A DNA stretch of 61,746 nt from an uncultured Candidatus Cloacimonadota bacterium (GTDB lineage Bacteria; Cloacimonadota; Cloacimonadia; Cloacimonadales; Cloacimonadaceae): assembly GCA_964482845.1 (NCBI GenBank), contig CAYZZE010000001.1, forward strand, positions 1 to 61,746. The letters are read 5' to 3'. Each line of letters starts with the position of its first letter. Within the stretch, counting starts at the first letter, position 1. The translations under genes and the position numbers were made by a program. Below, piece after piece: positions 28,826-38,070 of this stretch. A model generated the notes under the pieces. That model worked only from the letters and a program-made list of their open reading frames with translations, did no database searches and was not told where the DNA came from.

Positions 28826-29576
28826 GGATAAACTGGAGCACGGAGATTGCTTGCTGGTGGTGGGAACTTACAACAACGGCGACCGCTTACTTAAAACTAT
28901 GCAAAGCACCCCGCCGGACTTTCCGATAGATATCCTGGTGATTGACGACGGCTCTACAGATAATTCCCTTGATATGATCAAGGATTATAGTTTCACGGTG
29001 TTGCGGCATGAGACCAATCGGGGTATCGGCGTCCTCATCCGCACTGCCTGTAATTATGCATTGACGAAGGGATACAAGGCAGTGGCATTGATTCCGGGCA
29101 ACAACAAAAACACTATCGCCGAAGTACCGCGGCTGGTGGAACCGATCCTTTCCGGACAAGCAGATTACGTGCAAGGTTCCCGTTATTTGCCTGGGAGCCG
29201 CCGGGATCATACTCCGCTTTTCCGGCTTATCATGGTCAAATTGATCGCTCTATTCCTCACGATCATCACCTTCCGAAAGATCACGGACTCGATGGAAGGT
29301 TTTCGTGCTTTTAGGCTCAGTATCCTCGATGATCCCGATATTGATATAAACCAGGAATGGCTTGACCGGTATGCATTGGAAATTTACCTCTTTTTCAAGG
29401 TTACCAAAGGGCACAAGTATCGTTACAAAGAAGTGCCCATTTCCAAGATCTATCCGCCGGTCAAGAAAAGCATCGTCAATCAGAAAGGGGTAGAATATAC
29501 CAAGATAAGACCCTTTGTAGACTGGTGGGACATTATGAAGCCGATATTTTATCTGTGGCTGGGCTTACGGAAATGA
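28818..29576 (+). CDS. Glycosyltransferase family 2 (polyprenyl-phosphate sugar synthase-like)
   Basis: LLVVGTYNNGDRL...DILVIDDGSTDNS. DPM1/GtrB-like layout, next to GtrA-like and GT-C genes. Confidence 0.8.
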   Translation: MNRDKLEHGDCLLVVGTYNNGDRLLKTMQSTPPDFPIDILVIDDGSTDNSLDMIKDYSFTVLRHETNRGIGVLIRTACNYALTKGYKAVALIPGNNKNTIAEVPRLVEPILSGQADYVQGSRYLPGSRRDHTPLFRLIMVKLIALFLTIITFRKITDSMEGFRAFRLSILDDPDIDINQEWLDRYALEIYLFFKVTKGHKYRYKEVPISKIYPPVKKSIVNQKGVEYTKIRPFVDWWDIMKPIFYLWLGLRK

Positions 29577-29722
29577 AGATGATGGCAAAGAAATCCAGCC
29601 GACTAGCCACCCTTATTTACCGAATCCTTTTTGTGGCTTATGCTATCATTCTCGGAGTGATCATGTTCTCGGATAAGATAGCCAGTTATGCCCCTTACCT
29701 GATACGTCTGGCAGGATCATAA
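29573..29722 (+). CDS. Small membrane protein (49 aa), hypothetical
   Basis: MKMMAKKSSRLATLIYRILFVAYAIILGVIMF has one TM helix. ATGA overlap with the upstream GT2 gene. Could be real or an artefact. Confidence 0.35.
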   Translation: MKMMAKKSSRLATLIYRILFVAYAIILGVIMFSDKIASYAPYLIRLAGS

Positions 29723-29723
29723 G

Positions 29724-31601
29724 ATGCATAACCTGATCTATCTGCTTCTAATCAGCATATTGTGCTACCTTTTGGGACGCAGAATGCTCAGCGCTTTGGG
29801 TTACGTTCACGGTTCGATGGCTGAATCCCTGCTGCTGTCAGTGACGGGAGGCCTGGGAATCACAGCGCTTTATATGCTGCTGTTGGGGTTGACTGGGATG
29901 ATGTATCGTTTGCCGGTGATCCTTTATATCTCAGTTATCTTGCCTTTGCTGCTTTACTTCGGTGGATGGCGGCAGTTACGTGCTTTGCTATCGGGAGTAT
30001 GGGGGGCGAGAAAGCGGATTTTACCTGCATATTGGGCTGTCCTTGCGGTGTTTATCTTGTATGCGCTATTCAGGTTGATGAACTGTTTGACGCCCGTATT
30101 GGACGGCGACTCCACTTCATGGTATCTGGGCATACCAAAATTGTATATCGAAAACGGCTCGATTTTGAACCCTCCGGTTTCGGTGGATTATCTTTCCAGT
30201 AATCTGCCGCAGAATATGTACATGCTCTCGGTATTTGGGATGCTGTTGGAATCGGAGATATTATCGCAGTTGATTCTCGGATGGCTCTGCGGGATGTTGA
30301 GTATGCTGGCGGTCTATGTGATAAGCCGCAATTTCGCCTCCCGTCAAATCTCTCTGGTGATGGCGATCATTTTTTTTACAATGCCGACTCTGTCATGGTT
30401 GATCTACAGCGCTAAACTTGATCTGGGCTTTACTATGTTTGAATTGTCTTTCTGGGTCCTGCTGATCAAATATATCCGCTCCGCCTCACCACGGGATCTC
30501 TTTATTTCGGCTATCTTTCTTGGTTTTGCCGTTGGCAGCAAGTATCACGGCTTGATCGCTTTAACCTTTACGGCTGTGGTCATATTCATCATCGACTTGG
30601 TCCGTAAGAGAAAATTCTGGAAGGTTATAGGGACGATTTTTGTCTTTTCGGTTATCACCCTGGCGATCGGATCGCCGTCCTATATCAAGTCACTCTTGAT
30701 GGTACGTGATCCGTTCTTTCCTTTTCTCAGCAATCCTGGAGTAGTTGAGGGAGAGGGATTTAATATCTACAAAACAGGATGGGATTATTTCCGCTTTCTT
30801 TATAACATGGTCTTCTACCGTGATTTTTTGATCAGACCCATATCCTATGCTGACCGCGCCATCGGTTTTCTGCCTGTGATGTTTTTGCCCTTTTTGCTTT
30901 GCTGCTTTCGCCGGATAAGCCAGCTAAAACGGCAACTCATCGTTGTTTTTGGGGTCTATTTTGTCCTGCTTTCGATGGCTATCTGCTGGTCTGTCTGGCC
31001 TTTCCCCCGTCACTTCCTGCCGGCGATTGGCTTAATGACTGCAACCGGAGCTATTGGTCTTGCACATATGAACCGCATTATTGGGAGGAGGATTACATTA
31101 CCTGTCGTAACCGTCTGTATATTGGCTATGGTTTTAACTATGAATGTGTCGTATTCCAAGATTGATCGTCAGATCAAATACCTAAGTGGTTCAATCTCCA
31201 AACAGCATTACCTGGAGCAAGTGCTATTCAATAACGGCAGACACATGAATTCCGGGATGCTTGCCTATGTATCGGTTATGGATCCTGCCGCCAGGATTGT
31301 TACTTTGGACTATGGCAATGGGTTCTATGTCCCGCGACCTTTTCTGAAGAAGAAGTATGTCTATCTGATATCAGATGTAGAGGAACTAATGGCATCATTG
31401 AAAGCTGATGGATTCTCGCATGTCTATTACTCAAGTACAAATACAGCGATGTTTGTCGAGAAATTCAACTCTGGCAGGCAAGTAGCGCTTCTGGAACCGC
31501 AAAACAGTCACCTCCTGTCAGTTCAATATCAATCGGGTGATCAGTACTTATTGCGGATTGATTATGACCAAAACAAAACTGAACTACCAAATCAGGATTA
31601 G
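29724..31601 (+). CDS. Polytopic GT-C-type glycosyltransferase (ArnT/PMT-like)
   Basis: 625 aa. More than 10 hydrophobic helices in the first 450 aa, then a soluble C-terminal domain. Context (GtrA plus a polyprenyl-P sugar synthase) fits a lipid-linked sugar transferase. Confidence 0.55.
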   Translation: MHNLIYLLLISILCYLLGRRMLSALGYVHGSMAESLLLSVTGGLGITALYMLLLGLTGMMYRLPVILYISVILPLLLYFGGWRQLRALLSGVWGARKRILPAYWAVLAVFILYALFRLMNCLTPVLDGDSTSWYLGIPKLYIENGSILNPPVSVDYLSSNLPQNMYMLSVFGMLLESEILSQLILGWLCGMLSMLAVYVISRNFASRQISLVMAIIFFTMPTLSWLIYSAKLDLGFTMFELSFWVLLIKYIRSASPRDLFISAIFLGFAVGSKYHGLIALTFTAVVIFIIDLVRKRKFWKVIGTIFVFSVITLAIGSPSYIKSLLMVRDPFFPFLSNPGVVEGEGFNIYKTGWDYFRFLYNMVFYRDFLIRPISYADRAIGFLPVMFLPFLLCCFRRISQLKRQLIVVFGVYFVLLSMAICWSVWPFPRHFLPAIGLMTATGAIGLAHMNRIIGRRITLPVVTVCILAMVLTMNVSYSKIDRQIKYLSGSISKQHYLEQVLFNNGRHMNSGMLAYVSVMDPAARIVTLDYGNGFYVPRPFLKKKYVYLISDVEELMASLKADGFSHVYYSSTNTAMFVEKFNSGRQVALLEPQNSHLLSVQYQSGDQYLLRIDYDQNKTELPNQD

Positions 31602-31607
31602 GTGGAG

Positions 31608-32303
31608 ATGAAAGCAATAATATTATCCGGCGGGCTGGGCACTCGGCTGAAGCCCTTTACGGAAGCCATACCCAAACCGCTTCTGCCGATAGGTGAGAAA
31701 GCGGTGTTGGAGATTCAAGTAGAACACCTCAGGGATAATGGTTTTAACGAGATCTACCTGGCGACAAACTACAAATCCGCCTATATTGAGAATTTCTTCG
31801 GCGATGGCTCACAATATGGCGTCAAACTCCATATCAGCAAGGAAGAAAAACCATTAGGCACGGTGGGGCCGGTCAAGCTTTTGGAGTCAGAAATGTCAGA
31901 AGAACCTTTTTTGGTGATGAACGGGGATATACTGACCTTGCTCAACTACCGTAATATGTATGATTTTGCCTTGAGTAAGGATTCTCTCCTCACCATCGGT
32001 ACCAAAGAGATTATCACACCGTTCCAATTTGGAAACATCTTTTTTGACGGTGACTATGTGACCGGTATCGACGAAAAACCGGATATCCGGACAACTATCT
32101 TGGCCGGGATTTATATCTTCAAGCCCGAATTGCTGCAGATTATACCCCCGGATGAACGCTACAATATGGATACTTTGATCCTAAATATGCTTGCCCAGGG
32201 AAAGCCGATAACTCACTATCCCATAAAAGAATACTGGCTCGATATCGGCAGGCCCGATGATTATGAGAAAGCGCAACAGGTTTATAAGGAAAGATTCTCA
32301 TGA
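31608..32303 (+). CDS. Sugar-1-phosphate nucleotidyltransferase (PtmE-like?)
   Basis: MKAIILSGGLGTRLKPFTEAIPKPLLPIGEK is the canonical NTP-transferase motif. ATG 31608 is preferred over GTG 31602. ATGA overlap with the next gene. Confidence 0.85.
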   Translation: MKAIILSGGLGTRLKPFTEAIPKPLLPIGEKAVLEIQVEHLRDNGFNEIYLATNYKSAYIENFFGDGSQYGVKLHISKEEKPLGTVGPVKLLESEMSEEPFLVMNGDILTLLNYRNMYDFALSKDSLLTIGTKEIITPFQFGNIFFDGDYVTGIDEKPDIRTTILAGIYIFKPELLQIIPPDERYNMDTLILNMLAQGKPITHYPIKEYWLDIGRPDDYEKAQQVYKERFS

Positions 32304-33277
32304 AAGCATTAGTAACCGGCGCCGATGGCTTTATCGGCTCCCACCTGACCGAATTACTCCTCAGTTCGGGTTACAAGGTAAGAGCCCTGTCATATTACAA
32401 TTCTTTCAATTTTTGGGGATGGCTGGAAGATATCCCGCCGCAGGAAAATCTGGAAATCGTCTGCGGCGATATCCGCGATCCCAATCTCTGCCGTCAGATC
32501 GTCAAAGATGTGGATGTCATTTTCCATCTTGCCGCGCTCATCGCTATCCCTTACTCATATACCGCACCCGATAGTTATGTGGATACTAATGTCCGGGGGA
32601 CGCTCAATATTTGTCATGCTGCCCGGGATGCTGGAGTTCAGAGGATTATCTGTACTTCCACCAGCGAAGTATATGGAACAGCCCAATATGTGCCGATCGA
32701 TGAAAAGCACCCTCTTCAACCTCAATCTCCGTACAGCGCCTCCAAGATCGGGGCGGATGCCATTGCCATGAGTTTTTACAATGCCTTTGGCTTGCCCCTA
32801 ACGATTGCCCGTCCCTTCAACACTTATGGTCCGCGCCAGTCTGCCCGGGCAGTGATCTCCACCATCATATCCCAGATCGCCTCCGGAATCAAATCCATCT
32901 CCCTTGGGGATGTCACGCCCACCCGAGATTTTACTTACGTGGAAGATACCTGCCGTGGTTTTGTGGCAATAGCCAGATGCGACAAAGCCATCGGGGAGGT
33001 GGTAAATATCGGGTCAAACTATGAGATATCGGTCATGCAAACCCTTGAAATGGTCAAAGATATCATGAATAGCGACGTGATATTCGTAGTGGATGAACAG
33101 CGGATAAGGCCAGAAAAATCAGAGGTCTTCCGTTTGTGGTGCGATAATGCCAAACTTTATGAACTAACTGGCTTCGTGCCAGAGATATCCATCCAAGAAG
33201 GATTGCAGCGTACGATCGCCTGGTTCAGCAAATCCGAAAACCTTGCCAGATATAAAAGTCGGATCTATAATCTATAG
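32300..33277 (+). CDS. legB: NAD-dependent nucleotide-sugar 4,6-dehydratase, LegB-like
   Basis: MKALVTGADGFIGSHLTE, the YYNSFNFWGWLED segment remembered as characteristic of LegB-type dehydratases, and a YSASK catalytic motif. Confidence 0.65.
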   Translation: MKALVTGADGFIGSHLTELLLSSGYKVRALSYYNSFNFWGWLEDIPPQENLEIVCGDIRDPNLCRQIVKDVDVIFHLAALIAIPYSYTAPDSYVDTNVRGTLNICHAARDAGVQRIICTSTSEVYGTAQYVPIDEKHPLQPQSPYSASKIGADAIAMSFYNAFGLPLTIARPFNTYGPRQSARAVISTIISQIASGIKSISLGDVTPTRDFTYVEDTCRGFVAIARCDKAIGEVVNIGSNYEISVMQTLEMVKDIMNSDVIFVVDEQRIRPEKSEVFRLWCDNAKLYELTGFVPEISIQEGLQRTIAWFSKSENLARYKSRIYNL

Positions 33278-33292
33278 CACGTTTCAGCACAT

Positions 33293-34657
33293 ATGATCAA
33301 CCTGATCAAGCAATATTACAACCGATTCTTTGCAAGTAGGAACGAACGTACACGCATCGTCAAAAAGAATATCATCTGGGGTTCAATCATCAGAGTGACC
33401 GGTATTCTGGTAAATATCCTCTATGTGCCTATTCTGATCGACTATTTGGATGCCGAGCGGTATGGTGTCTGGATCGCGCTTACTTCATTTCTGACCTGGT
33501 TTAACCTCTTTGATATTGGCTTGGGCAATGGCTTGCGCAACAAGCTGACGGAAGCCCTTGCTGTGGATGATATTACCCGGGCAAGAAAGTATGTGAGTAC
33601 ATCCTATGCACTGATGACGTTGATCTTTATACCCATCTCCATTATTTTCTTTGTCATCAGTGGGTTGTTGCCTTGGGATAAAATCCTCAACGTTCACTTT
33701 ATCAGTCACTCAGAATTGAGTATGCTGGGCAGCATTGTCTTTATCTTTTTCTGCATCCGTTTCATTGTGCAATTGATCCAGCCGATCCTGTTTGCTGTCC
33801 AAAAATCCGCCTTTGCCTCCAGCTTCCCTGTACTGGGACAACTGATGGGCTTAATCTGTATTTATTTCCTTCGCTCTACCTCTCTACCGCCGCTTTTGTC
33901 GGCTGGCATGATCCTCAGCTTGCTTCCCGTTTTGGCATATTTGGCAGGCGGGGTGATCCTTTTCCGTTATGGATATTCCCATATCAGGCCTGCTATCGGA
34001 TTTGTGGATTTCTCCGTTTCACGGGATATCCTGTCATTGGGGATCAAGTTTTTCATTGTGCAGATCGGCGGGGTTATCATCAATGCCAGTTCGTCATTTA
34101 TTATCATCCAATTGATGGGACCCACAGAAGTGACCCAATATAACGTCAGTTTCCGGTATTTCAAGCTGGCGCTGCTGCTCAATACGATCCTGATGACTCC
34201 ATTGTGGTCGAGCTTCACCGATGCACTGGCGAAAAAGGACTTTGTTTGGGCAAAAAGAGCGATCAGGAAATTGAATCTGTGGTCATTTTACCAAGCGCTC
34301 CTGGTTCTTGTAATGCTCATTGTCTCGCCTTTGGCATTTCGGGTGTGGGTAGGTGACCTGGTAATGATCCCCTATCAGATTTCTGCCGCAATGGCAATAT
34401 TCTTTATAATCAATGTTTTTCTATCTCCATACAGCCAGTTTATCAATGGCTCGGGTAAATTGAAACTCTCGGTGTATCTCATCTGGGCGGGATGCGTTAT
34501 CTTTATTGTCACCGCCATATTGCTGGGCAGGACTTCACTGGGTGTCACCGGAGTGGTCATAGCATCGATACTTACCCGGGCGATATCGCTGATCTTGAGT
34601 TATCATCAGACCCGGTTGATTCTCGATAACCGTACTTATGGGATCTTCGGCAGATAA
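33293..34657 (+). CDS. wzx: Oligosaccharide flippase (Wzx, MOP superfamily)
   Basis: 454 aa with about 12 TM helices and polysaccharide-biosynthesis-protein-like spacing. Lies within the glycan locus. Confidence 0.7.
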   Translation: MINLIKQYYNRFFASRNERTRIVKKNIIWGSIIRVTGILVNILYVPILIDYLDAERYGVWIALTSFLTWFNLFDIGLGNGLRNKLTEALAVDDITRARKYVSTSYALMTLIFIPISIIFFVISGLLPWDKILNVHFISHSELSMLGSIVFIFFCIRFIVQLIQPILFAVQKSAFASSFPVLGQLMGLICIYFLRSTSLPPLLSAGMILSLLPVLAYLAGGVILFRYGYSHIRPAIGFVDFSVSRDILSLGIKFFIVQIGGVIINASSSFIIIQLMGPTEVTQYNVSFRYFKLALLLNTILMTPLWSSFTDALAKKDFVWAKRAIRKLNLWSFYQALLVLVMLIVSPLAFRVWVGDLVMIPYQISAAMAIFFIINVFLSPYSQFINGSGKLKLSVYLIWAGCVIFIVTAILLGRTSLGVTGVVIASILTRAISLILSYHQTRLILDNRTYGIFGR

Positions 34658-34662
34658 TGTTG

Positions 34663-35122
34663 TCCACGAATTACACGCATTGGCACAAATTGTCATAGAG
34701 TGTTATGAATAGCCCGGAACTACTTTACAAAGAAGAGTGTTACAATATAATCGGTGCATGTATGACAGTGCATCGAGAAATGGGTAATGGTTTCCTTGAA
34801 TCAGTTTATCAAGAAGCCCTGGCAATCGAACTGGAAAATCGTAGGATACCCTATAAGAGGGAGAAAGTGATCAATGTATCGTACAGGGGCATTGATTTAA
34901 AGTCAACTTTCAAAGCTGACTTTGTTTGTTATGAGGAAGTAATTGTCGAAGTCAAAGCACTGAGTTTACTAAGCAATGATCATACTTCTCAAGTAATTAA
35001 CTATCTAAAAGCAACCGGATTAAGAGTCGGTTTGCTGGTCAACTTTGGCACATCAAGTTTACAACACCATCGCTATGTGCTCTAAACCTTTAGTAATCTG
35101 TGTAATTAGTGTAATTCGTGGA
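34663..35122 (+). mobile_element. GxxExxY cassette A: mini-gene boxed by inverted arms of gtgtaatt-type 9-nt units
   Basis: Perfect 14-bp inverted repeat tccacgaattacac (34663-34676) / gtgtaattcgtgga (35109-35122). The arms extend imperfectly to about 32 nt (34663-34694 and 35092-35122), with 9-nt phasing tagtaatct|gtgtaatta|gtgtaattc|gtgg. Mobility is not demonstrated. Confidence 0.45.
34705..35085 (+). CDS. GxxExxY protein (PD-(D/E)XK nuclease fold, PDDEXK_3-like)
   Basis: 126 aa. GFLESVY matches GxxExxY. ADFVCYEEVIVEVKA gives D...E.K. The C-terminus QVINYLKATGLRVGLLVNFG is typical of the family as I recall it (TIGR04256). Confidence 0.8.
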   Translation: MNSPELLYKEECYNIIGACMTVHREMGNGFLESVYQEALAIELENRRIPYKREKVINVSYRGIDLKSTFKADFVCYEEVIVEVKALSLLSNDHTSQVINYLKATGLRVGLLVNFGTSSLQHHRYVL

Positions 35123-35126
35123 TAAA

Positions 35127-36350
35127 ATGGACTATAGGACTATAATCGACTTCATCCGCTCGCTGTATCCCAACCGCGACCTCATCCCGCTCCATGAACC
35201 CCACTTCGGTGGCAACGAAAAGAAGTATGTCCTGGATTGCCTTGATAGCACCTTCGTGTCCTCCGTCGGCAAATACGTTGACCGGTTTGAGGAAATGGTT
35301 CAGGAATACACGGGAGCCAGGAAGGCGGTGGCAACGGTCAATGGTACTGCCGCGCTGCATATAGCGCTGCTACTTGCTGGAGTCCAGCCCGGCGATCTGG
35401 TCATTACCCAGCCCCTCACCTTTATCGCCACCTGCAATGCTATCTCCTACTGCGGTGCAGAACCCGTCTTTATTGATGTCGATAAAAAGACCTTGGGTAT
35501 GTCCCCTGAGTCATTGGAACTGTGGCTTATGGAGAATGTTGTTGGGATCAGTTCAGAAGGCCGGGAAGGTGTAGAGTGTTTGGCAGGAAGTTCTCTACCT
35601 TCTCAACGGCGTGGCGCTCAACCCCCTCAACCTGTGGTTTTACACAAAGCGACACAGCGACGCGTCTCCGCCTGTGTACCCATGCACACCTTCGGCCATC
35701 CCTGCGAGATCGACCGGATCGTCGAGATCTGCAACCGTTACCATATACCGGTCGTGGAGGACTCCGCAGAATCCATCGGCAGTTATTACCGGGGATATCA
35801 CACCGGGACCTTCGGCAAACTGGGGATCCTCAGTTTCAATGGCAATAAGACGATCACCACTGGCGGCGGCGGGATGATCCTGACCAATGATGAAGAATTG
35901 GGCAAACTGGCAAAGCATATTACCACCACGGCAAAAAAGCCGCATCCCTGGCTTTTTGAACATGATATGACCGGATACAACTACCGACTGCCCAATATCA
36001 ATGCCGCCATCGGTTGTGCTCAGATGGAAAACCTCCCAGAGATGCTGTCCCGGAAACGCGATTTGGCTCAGAAATATCAGGAGTTTTTCGATCACATTCC
36101 TGAGGTCGAATTTGTCCCCGAGCCCCCCAACTCAATATCCAACTATTGGCTCACCAGCATTCTTCTTTCCGATGAACAGGAAAGAGATGTATTTCTACAA
36201 GAAACTAACCAGCAGAAGGTCATGACCAGGCCGGCATGGATCCTGATGAATAAATTACAGATGTTTGATTCCGCCATTTGCGGTAATTTGGATAATGCTG
36301 AGGACATGGCGGCACGACTGGTCAATATTCCAAGTAGCGTGAGGTTATGA
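35127..36350 (+). CDS. legC: DegT-family aminotransferase, LegC-like, with an apparent in-frame insertion
   Basis: IPLHEPHFGGNEKKYVLDCLDSTFVSSVGKYV..., VEDSAESIGSYY, SFNGNKTITTGGGGM, and the C-terminal NIPSS motif recalled for LegC-type enzymes. ATG 35127 is preferred over GTG 35118. Confidence 0.75.
   Translation: MDYRTIIDFIRSLYPNRDLIPLHEPHFGGNEKKYVLDCLDSTFVSSVGKYVDRFEEMVQEYTGARKAVATVNGTAALHIALLLAGVQPGDLVITQPLTFIATCNAISYCGAEPVFIDVDKKTLGMSPESLELWLMENVVGISSEGREGVECLAGSSLPSQRRGAQPPQPVVLHKATQRRVSACVPMHTFGHPCEIDRIVEICNRYHIPVVEDSAESIGSYYRGYHTGTFGKLGILSFNGNKTITTGGGGMILTNDEELGKLAKHITTTAKKPHPWLFEHDMTGYNYRLPNINAAIGCAQMENLPEMLSRKRDLAQKYQEFFDHIPEVEFVPEPPNSISNYWLTSILLSDEQERDVFLQETNQQKVMTRPAWILMNKLQMFDSAICGNLDNAEDMAARLVNIPSSVRL
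35565..35634 (+). repeat. Intragenic hairpin plus 9-nt tandem ctcaacc units inside the legC-like gene
   Basis: gaaggtgtagag (35565-35576) vs ctctaccttc (35593-35602). ctcaac occurs at 35602, ctcaacccc at 35617-35625 and ctcaacctg at 35626-35634. The tract encodes the low-complexity segment GREGVECLAGSSLPSQRRGAQPPQPV. Confidence 0.5.
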
Positions 36351-36907
36351 TGAAGAAGAAAATCAGAGTTTATCTGCGGGCTTTGGAGCCGGAGGATTAT
36401 CAACTCCTGCACAAGTGGCGCAATGACGAGGAGATCGGCCACTGCTTCAGCGGTACCCGTCGCTTTACCTCCACCCTCAATGAGAAGAAATGGATCGAGG
36501 ACAAGATCTTTGACAAAAACAGCGTCAGTTGTGCCATCTGTCTCAAGGACACGGACGAATTCATCGGTTGCGTCTTTCTGAGCGGCATCGATTGGTTGAA
36601 CCGTTCCGGGTGCACTGCCATCTTTATTGGCGCCAAGGAACACTGGGGCAAGGGCTATGCCACCGACGCCCTTGTCCTTATCCTTAAGCATGCCTTCCAC
36701 GACAAAGGCTTGGAGCGTATCGGGGCCCAGGTTCACGAGGATAACTCCGGATCGCTGAGGATGCATGAGAAATGCGGGTATAAACAGGAAGGCGTCCTGC
36801 GCCGGGCTTCCTATGTCGATGGCAGATTCGAAAACATGATCATGCTATCCATCCTGCGCGATGAATTTGAGACACTTCTTGAGCAGTATGACCTGTCAAC
36901 GGAATAG
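36347..36907 (+). CDS. GNAT-family N-acetyltransferase (RimJ/RimL-like)
   Basis: 186 aa. LRALEPEDYQLLHKWRNDEEI..., and HWGKGYATDAL...AFHDKGLERIGAQVHEDNSGSLRMHEKCGYKQEG is the typical Acetyltransf_3 core. Confidence 0.8.
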   Translation: MMKKKIRVYLRALEPEDYQLLHKWRNDEEIGHCFSGTRRFTSTLNEKKWIEDKIFDKNSVSCAICLKDTDEFIGCVFLSGIDWLNRSGCTAIFIGAKEHWGKGYATDALVLILKHAFHDKGLERIGAQVHEDNSGSLRMHEKCGYKQEGVLRRASYVDGRFENMIMLSILRDEFETLLEQYDLSTE

Positions 36908-36920
36908 GGTGGTTCAGGGG

Positions 36921-38012
36921 ATGCCAGATTTTGAAATTCTTGGTTGGGAAGACCGGGAAAAGTGGAAACATTATCTATCCCTGTTGCCTTACGAGCAGCA
37001 GGATGTGTATTTTTTACCGGAATACGTCCGATTATATGAAGAGACGGGCAATAACAAAGCCCGCTGCTTTGTCTTCAGGAGTGGCAATGATGTAGCGTTG
37101 TATCCTTTTCTTCTGGGGAGAATCAATGACCTCGGCTATAAGTTGGATCGGGATTATTACGACATTCAGGGTGCTTACGGATACAATGGCGTCGTTTCCA
37201 CCAGCGATGATCGATCCTTTCTTCAAGGTCTGTCCGATGCCTGGCGGCAATGGTGCCGAGAGCAATATGTCGTGGCTGAGTTTATCCGCTATAATCCAGT
37301 GCTGCAAAATGAGAACCGCTGCGTTTGGGCACCGCCCATCGAAGCGTTGGATAATGTCCTGCTATATCTCAATTCCTACGAGGAAATCTGGAAACACGCC
37401 TATCACAGAGACGTAAGAACCTCGATCAGAAAAGCCGGGCAATATGGTCTTACCTTCAGCGCCTACTTTGGCTCTGAGATCACTACCGCCCAATTTGATA
37501 TCTTCCAGTCACTATATCTCCATACGATGCAGCGGAGAAATGCCAGCAGTTTCTACCTCTTTTCCGACCAGTTCTATCAGTCATTGAGAGACAAACTTGC
37601 CGATAATCTGTTCATCGGATTTGCATTCTACGAGGGCAAGCCAATATCGGCGGACATGTATCTGCACAACGGGATCAATGCCTATGGCTTTCTCTCTGGC
37701 ACTTTGGAAGAGTACTATTTCACCAAGCCCAATAGGTTTTTAAGGGACGCTGGGATCAAAGCGCTGATAGCCAGAGGATTCCAGCATTTGTGCATGGGCG
37801 GAGGGATGAGCAGAGATGATTCGACCTATAAATACAAAAAGGCGTTCAGCGTCAATACGGAATCGATGTTTTACACCGGCAAGTGCATCCACAATCCTGC
37901 CGAGTACGATGAAATCGTTCGTCAATGGTCTGACCGGTTACAGGGAAGAGCGGACGGGTTTAAGCACCTTACGCTGAGATACCGCTATGGGATCAGTGAT
38001 CCTATCACGTAA
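36921..38012 (+). CDS. FemAB-like / GNAT-fold aminoacyl- or peptidyl-transferase (tentative)
   Basis: 363 aa. Length and the YFLPEY...YDIQGAYGYNG...FIRYNP pattern resemble FemX/lipid II glycyltransferase-like proteins found in glycan loci. Confidence 0.45.
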   Translation: MPDFEILGWEDREKWKHYLSLLPYEQQDVYFLPEYVRLYEETGNNKARCFVFRSGNDVALYPFLLGRINDLGYKLDRDYYDIQGAYGYNGVVSTSDDRSFLQGLSDAWRQWCREQYVVAEFIRYNPVLQNENRCVWAPPIEALDNVLLYLNSYEEIWKHAYHRDVRTSIRKAGQYGLTFSAYFGSEITTAQFDIFQSLYLHTMQRRNASSFYLFSDQFYQSLRDKLADNLFIGFAFYEGKPISADMYLHNGINAYGFLSGTLEEYYFTKPNRFLRDAGIKALIARGFQHLCMGGGMSRDDSTYKYKKAFSVNTESMFYTGKCIHNPAEYDEIVRQWSDRLQGRADGFKHLTLRYRYGISDPIT

Positions 38013-38070
38013 ACCGATGGAGGTTTACTAATGGACTGCCTTGCTGTGGCAGCTCCATGATCGGTGAATT

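Noticed and set aside
36143-36766. 207-aa minus-strand ORF
   Set aside because: It is antisense to the well-supported legC-like and GNAT genes. No recognisable domain. Shadow ORF.
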